NCBI GenBank assembly: GCA_013360215.1
Contig: JABWCP010000028.1
Coordinates: 1 to 41,647, forward strand
Origin: a bacterium
Lineage (GTDB): Bacteria > CLD3 > SB21
Direction of reading: 5' to 3'
DNA: 41,647 nucleotides
In this document: positions 38,585 through 41,647 of the stretch, in pieces
Layout of the letters: every line of letters starts with the position of its first letter
How positions within the stretch are numbered: position 1 is the stretch's first letter
Position numbers and translations under genes: made by a program
Notes under the pieces: generated by a model
Told to the model about the DNA's origin: nothing
The model's database searches: none
The model's input: only the letters and a program-made list of their open reading frames with translations

Positions 38585-39457
38585 ATGAAAAATCGCTTTT
38601 CAATCAAAGATCTTGAGCAGTTCAGCGGAATCAAAGCACACACTTTGCGCATTTGGGAAAAACGCTACGATATGCTTAATCCCAACCGCACAAAAACTAA
38701 CATTCGGTGGTACTCTTCGGACGATCTCAAACGACTGCTAAATATCGCTCTGTTGTATCACCATGATCATAAGATTTCCAAAATCGCTGCGCTGACCGAT
38801 AAGGAGTTATCGGATAAAGTCGCAGAAATAGCGCAAAACTCATCGGATTATTCGGTTTTTGTGGATGGCCTTGTGATGGCTATGATCGAAATGGATGAAC
38901 AGCGTTTTGAGAAAATTTTTTCAAGCGGACTGATCAAGCTTGGTTTTGAGGATACCATCGCTAAAGTTGTTTATCCATTCCTCATCAAGATCGGCTTCAT
39001 GTGGCAAATGGGTTCGTCCAATCCCGCACAGGAACACTTCGTGTCCAATTTGATTCGTCAAAAAATTATCGCCGCGATTGACGGGCAAGTCGTCCCGATG
39101 GACCGATCTCCCAAAAAAGCGATTCTTTTTTTGCCGGATGGCGAAATGCATGAATTGGGTCTTTTGGTGCTCAATTATATGATGCGTGCTCGAGGTTTAA
39201 ATACGTATTACCTTGGCCAATCGGTACCCATGGAAGATTTACGACGAGCTTGCGAAATAAAGAAACCGGACTACCTGGTATCGGTTTTCACCAGTCCTAT
39301 GCCTAAGCTTAAAGAGTTTGTTCGCCTATTATCACAACACTTTCCTCATACCAAAATCATACTGAGCGGTAAACAAATATTATCCGCCAATCTAAAATTA
39401 CCGTCTCAATTTTATCTGCTGCCTTCGTTTGATCAATTAAACAAACATCTGTCATAG
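38585..39457 (+). CDS. CarH/LitR-like MerR-family regulator with cobalamin-binding domain
   Basis: MerR HTH (IKDLEQFSGIKAHTLRIWEKRY), W-x9-EH (WQMGSSNPAQEH) and ExHxxG (EMHELG). Confidence 0.88.
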   Translation: MKNRFSIKDLEQFSGIKAHTLRIWEKRYDMLNPNRTKTNIRWYSSDDLKRLLNIALLYHHDHKISKIAALTDKELSDKVAEIAQNSSDYSVFVDGLVMAMIEMDEQRFEKIFSSGLIKLGFEDTIAKVVYPFLIKIGFMWQMGSSNPAQEHFVSNLIRQKIIAAIDGQVVPMDRSPKKAILFLPDGEMHELGLLVLNYMMRARGLNTYYLGQSVPMEDLRRACEIKKPDYLVSVFTSPMPKLKEFVRLLSQHFPHTKIILSGKQILSANLKLPSQFYLLPSFDQLNKHLS

Positions 39458-39477
39458 GTATTCTTTTTAATGGGGCT

Positions 39478-39587
39478 TGTTTATATGTTGAATTTTTGTT
39501 TAATGTTTAATGATAAATTTTAAACAAAATTATTGACATTATCCCAACCATATGGTATTTTGGTTTAGTGTTTTTTAAAGCTAAACA
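39478..39587 (+). promoter_or_regulatory. folE promoter with candidate CarH operator repeats
   Basis: TTGACA (39533-39538)-N17-TATTTT(G) with extended TG; clustered TGTnnA/TnnACA hexamers; 10-bp inverted repeat 39494-39503 / 39520-39529. Confidence 0.65.
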
Positions 39588-39607
39588 TCGAATATCAAGG
39601 AATTAAT

Positions 39608-40342
39608 ATGCGAACACAACCCGATTTCCGGATTCCTTTACAGGCTTTAAACAATACGACGGCTGGGGCACGGGAAGAAAATGGTCATATAGACCTTATC
39701 GAAGATGATTTCGGTGACGATCACATCAGTTCGGCCGTTGAAACACCGATGCGTGATGATGCCTTTGCGTTGAATGATGAGGCCAAAATAGAATTGATCG
39801 AATACCATTTCAAAAAAATCATGCATGTTTTAGGACTTGATCTTACGGATGATAGTTTAAAGGGGACACCGCGTCGGGTTGCCAAAATGTACGTGCAGGA
39901 GGTTTTTCAGGGTCTCAACCCCAAGAACAAACCGTCGGTAACGCTCTTTGAAAACCGGTATCACTATAATCGCATGCTGGTTGAAAAAAATATAACATTA
40001 TATACGTACTGCGAACATCATTTTGTTCCGATTTTCGGAAAGGTCCATGTGGGTTATATTCCAGCGGGCCAAGTGATCGGTTTATCCAAAATAAATCGTA
40101 TTGTGCAATACTTTGCCAAGCGACCTCAGGTGCAAGAACGTTTGACCGTACAGATTGCTGACGAGTTGCGGCGCATTCTAAATACGGAAGACGTGGCCGT
40201 AGTTATAGACGCGGCGCATTTATGTGTGTCATCGCGGGGTGTACAAGATACCGGCAGTACGACAACTACATCCAGTTTTTTAGGTCGTTTCCATGATGAA
40301 GGCGTACGGAATGAATTTTTACGTTATATTGAAATTAAATAA
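39608..40342 (+). CDS. folE: GTP cyclohydrolase I
   Basis: TPRRVAKMY, CEHHFVP, GLSKINR, RPQVQERLT, HLCVSSRGV. Confidence 0.97.
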   Translation: MRTQPDFRIPLQALNNTTAGAREENGHIDLIEDDFGDDHISSAVETPMRDDAFALNDEAKIELIEYHFKKIMHVLGLDLTDDSLKGTPRRVAKMYVQEVFQGLNPKNKPSVTLFENRYHYNRMLVEKNITLYTYCEHHFVPIFGKVHVGYIPAGQVIGLSKINRIVQYFAKRPQVQERLTVQIADELRRILNTEDVAVVIDAAHLCVSSRGVQDTGSTTTTSSFLGRFHDEGVRNEFLRYIEIK

Positions 40343-40368
40343 AGAACGTTTAACACATCTAGGCAAAT

Positions 40369-40941
40369 ATGAAACAAATAATTTTTTTAAGTGTATCAAT
40401 TAATATGTTGCTGTTTGGCATAGCATGCCGCGATGTACGCATAAAACCGGAGCAATCAAATATGAAATCTACGCAACCCGTGTACAACATTGCTGTCAAA
40501 ACAATTGACGGCGCCGAAACAAATTTGGCTACGTATCGCGGAAAAAAAATACTCCTCGTTAACGTGGCTTCCGAGTGCGGTTATACGCCGCAATACAAAG
40601 ATTTACAAAAATTGCAAGAACAGTTTGGCTCTAAAGTCGTCGTTCTTGGTTTTCCGTCGAACGATTTTGGCGGACAGGAACCGGGCTCCAATGCTGAAAT
40701 AAAGAATTTTTGTGAGCGCAATTATAAAATAACATTTCCTATGTTTGATAAAATAACCGTGGTCGGCGAAGGACAACATCCGCTCTACCAATGGCTCAGT
40801 CAAAAAAACCTCAATGGATGGAATGAAAAGGCGCCGAGCTGGAATTTTTGTAAATATTTAATCGACGAAAACGGGGAATTGATCGGATATTATAATTCCT
40901 CCGTTAATCCGCTGAGCGATGAAATCATTAACAAATTATAA
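40369..40941 (+). CDS. Glutathione peroxidase family protein (Cys-type), possibly exported/lipoprotein
   Basis: NVASECGYTPQY, FPSNDFGGQEP, WNFCKYL; hydrophobic N-terminus ending GIAC. Confidence 0.93.
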   Translation: MKQIIFLSVSINMLLFGIACRDVRIKPEQSNMKSTQPVYNIAVKTIDGAETNLATYRGKKILLVNVASECGYTPQYKDLQKLQEQFGSKVVVLGFPSNDFGGQEPGSNAEIKNFCERNYKITFPMFDKITVVGEGQHPLYQWLSQKNLNGWNEKAPSWNFCKYLIDENGELIGYYNSSVNPLSDEIINKL

Positions 40942-40953
40942 CAAAATCGCGCA

Positions 40954-41415
40954 ATGCACGTTTTAGAGCGCGAACAAATTTTGTCCTGCACGTTGTTGGA
41001 TGCATGGCAATTTTTGTCTTCACCACAGAATCTCAAATTGATCACGCCGCCGTATATGGGATTTGACATCCGTTCGGGTCAAAACGGCGAATCCATGCAC
41101 GCCGGGATGATTATTACCTATCGGGTAAGCCCTTTATTTAACATACCCATGACGTGGGTAACTGAAATAACCCATGTGCGGGAGCCTTATTATTTTGTGG
41201 ACGAACAGCGCATAGGACCTTATACGTTCTGGCATCATCAGCATTTTCTTGAAGTGGTGGAGGGCGGAGTTCGTATGCGAGATTGCGTACATTACAAGTT
41301 GCCGATGGGAATTATAGGGAATCAGTTAGAAAAATGGGTTGTACGCCGTCGCCTTGAATCCATATTTGATTTTCGGTGGCATAAATTAAATGAAATTTTC
41401 AATGCTTCATCGTAA
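40954..41415 (+). CDS. SRPBCC family protein
   Basis: W.F.S.PQNL..ITPP, WVTEIT, FVDEQRIGPY..WHHQH, MRD.VHY, IFDFR. Confidence 0.88.
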   Translation: MHVLEREQILSCTLLDAWQFLSSPQNLKLITPPYMGFDIRSGQNGESMHAGMIITYRVSPLFNIPMTWVTEITHVREPYYFVDEQRIGPYTFWHHQHFLEVVEGGVRMRDCVHYKLPMGIIGNQLEKWVVRRRLESIFDFRWHKLNEIFNASS

Positions 41416-41537
41416 GCCGTATCACTAATTTTATCGCGCTCATACTTACGCTTATACTCGCCTCATATTTTCATCAGCCCATTATTTGAATTCAGATCGT
41501 GTAGCTCGTTAAACGAGCCTGATGTCACAACGTCCAA

Positions 41538-41645
41538 TCAATGAAAAGAGGGATACTGAATAAGATCATACCCCCTTTGGCTGTTGTTTTCAAGTTTGAA
41601 TTTCCAGAGCAGGTCGAGATTGAATGTAGGAAGCGTAGCAATTTT
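41538..41645 (-). CDS. Possible 3' end of a gene entering from beyond the window
   Basis: Open frame from the window edge (...LLWKFKLENNSQRGYDLIQYPSFH*); too short to identify. Confidence 0.25.
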   Translation of the reverse strand, partial: KIATLPTFNLDLLWKFKLENNSQRGYDLIQYPSFH

Positions 41646-41647
41646 CG

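Noticed and set aside
1389..40342. Window-wide folate/B12 theme (metH, ygfZ, folP, carH, folE) as a single system
   Set aside because: The genes are scattered over 39 kb in separate operons among housekeeping genes, with no shared regulatory element seen.
40369..40941. Selenocysteine in the glutathione peroxidase
   Set aside because: The active-site codon is TGC (Cys) and there is no in-frame TGA.

Overview
Ordinary gene-dense bacterial chromosome segment of moderate GC, with no integrase, transposase, phage or CRISPR signal. The organism is probably a diderm of the FCB superphylum outside the Bacteroidota (inference: PorU/PorV-like T9SS genes and BatA/BatB are present, yet Shine-Dalgarno motifs and canonical TTG -35 boxes are used). 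Contents in order: a decayed tRNA-Gly copy and an intact tRNA-Gly(CCC); a TPR-SLH lipoprotein; an operon led by a split MetH C-terminal half carrying an inserted DinB/ClbS-like domain, followed by a DUF885-like lipoprotein, Atl and two GT2 genes; a lipoprotein; ygfZ; YfhO, a DUF4349-like protein, a penicillin acylase and ispF; glgC; dxs; pta; a long minus-strand run batB-batA-tilS-hpt-ftsH-TPR-folP-cdaA-C25(PorU-like)-porV-lipoprotein; and xth-carH-folE-gpx-SRPBCC. The most notable items are the MetH::DinB architecture, the tRNA copy with a replaced anticodon arm, a recurring TTG-N20-TAnnTTG promoter signature, a hairpin that overlaps both the pta promoter and its RBS, and a probable B12-photoreceptor (CarH) regulon. 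All calls come from motif recognition by eye; no searches were run.
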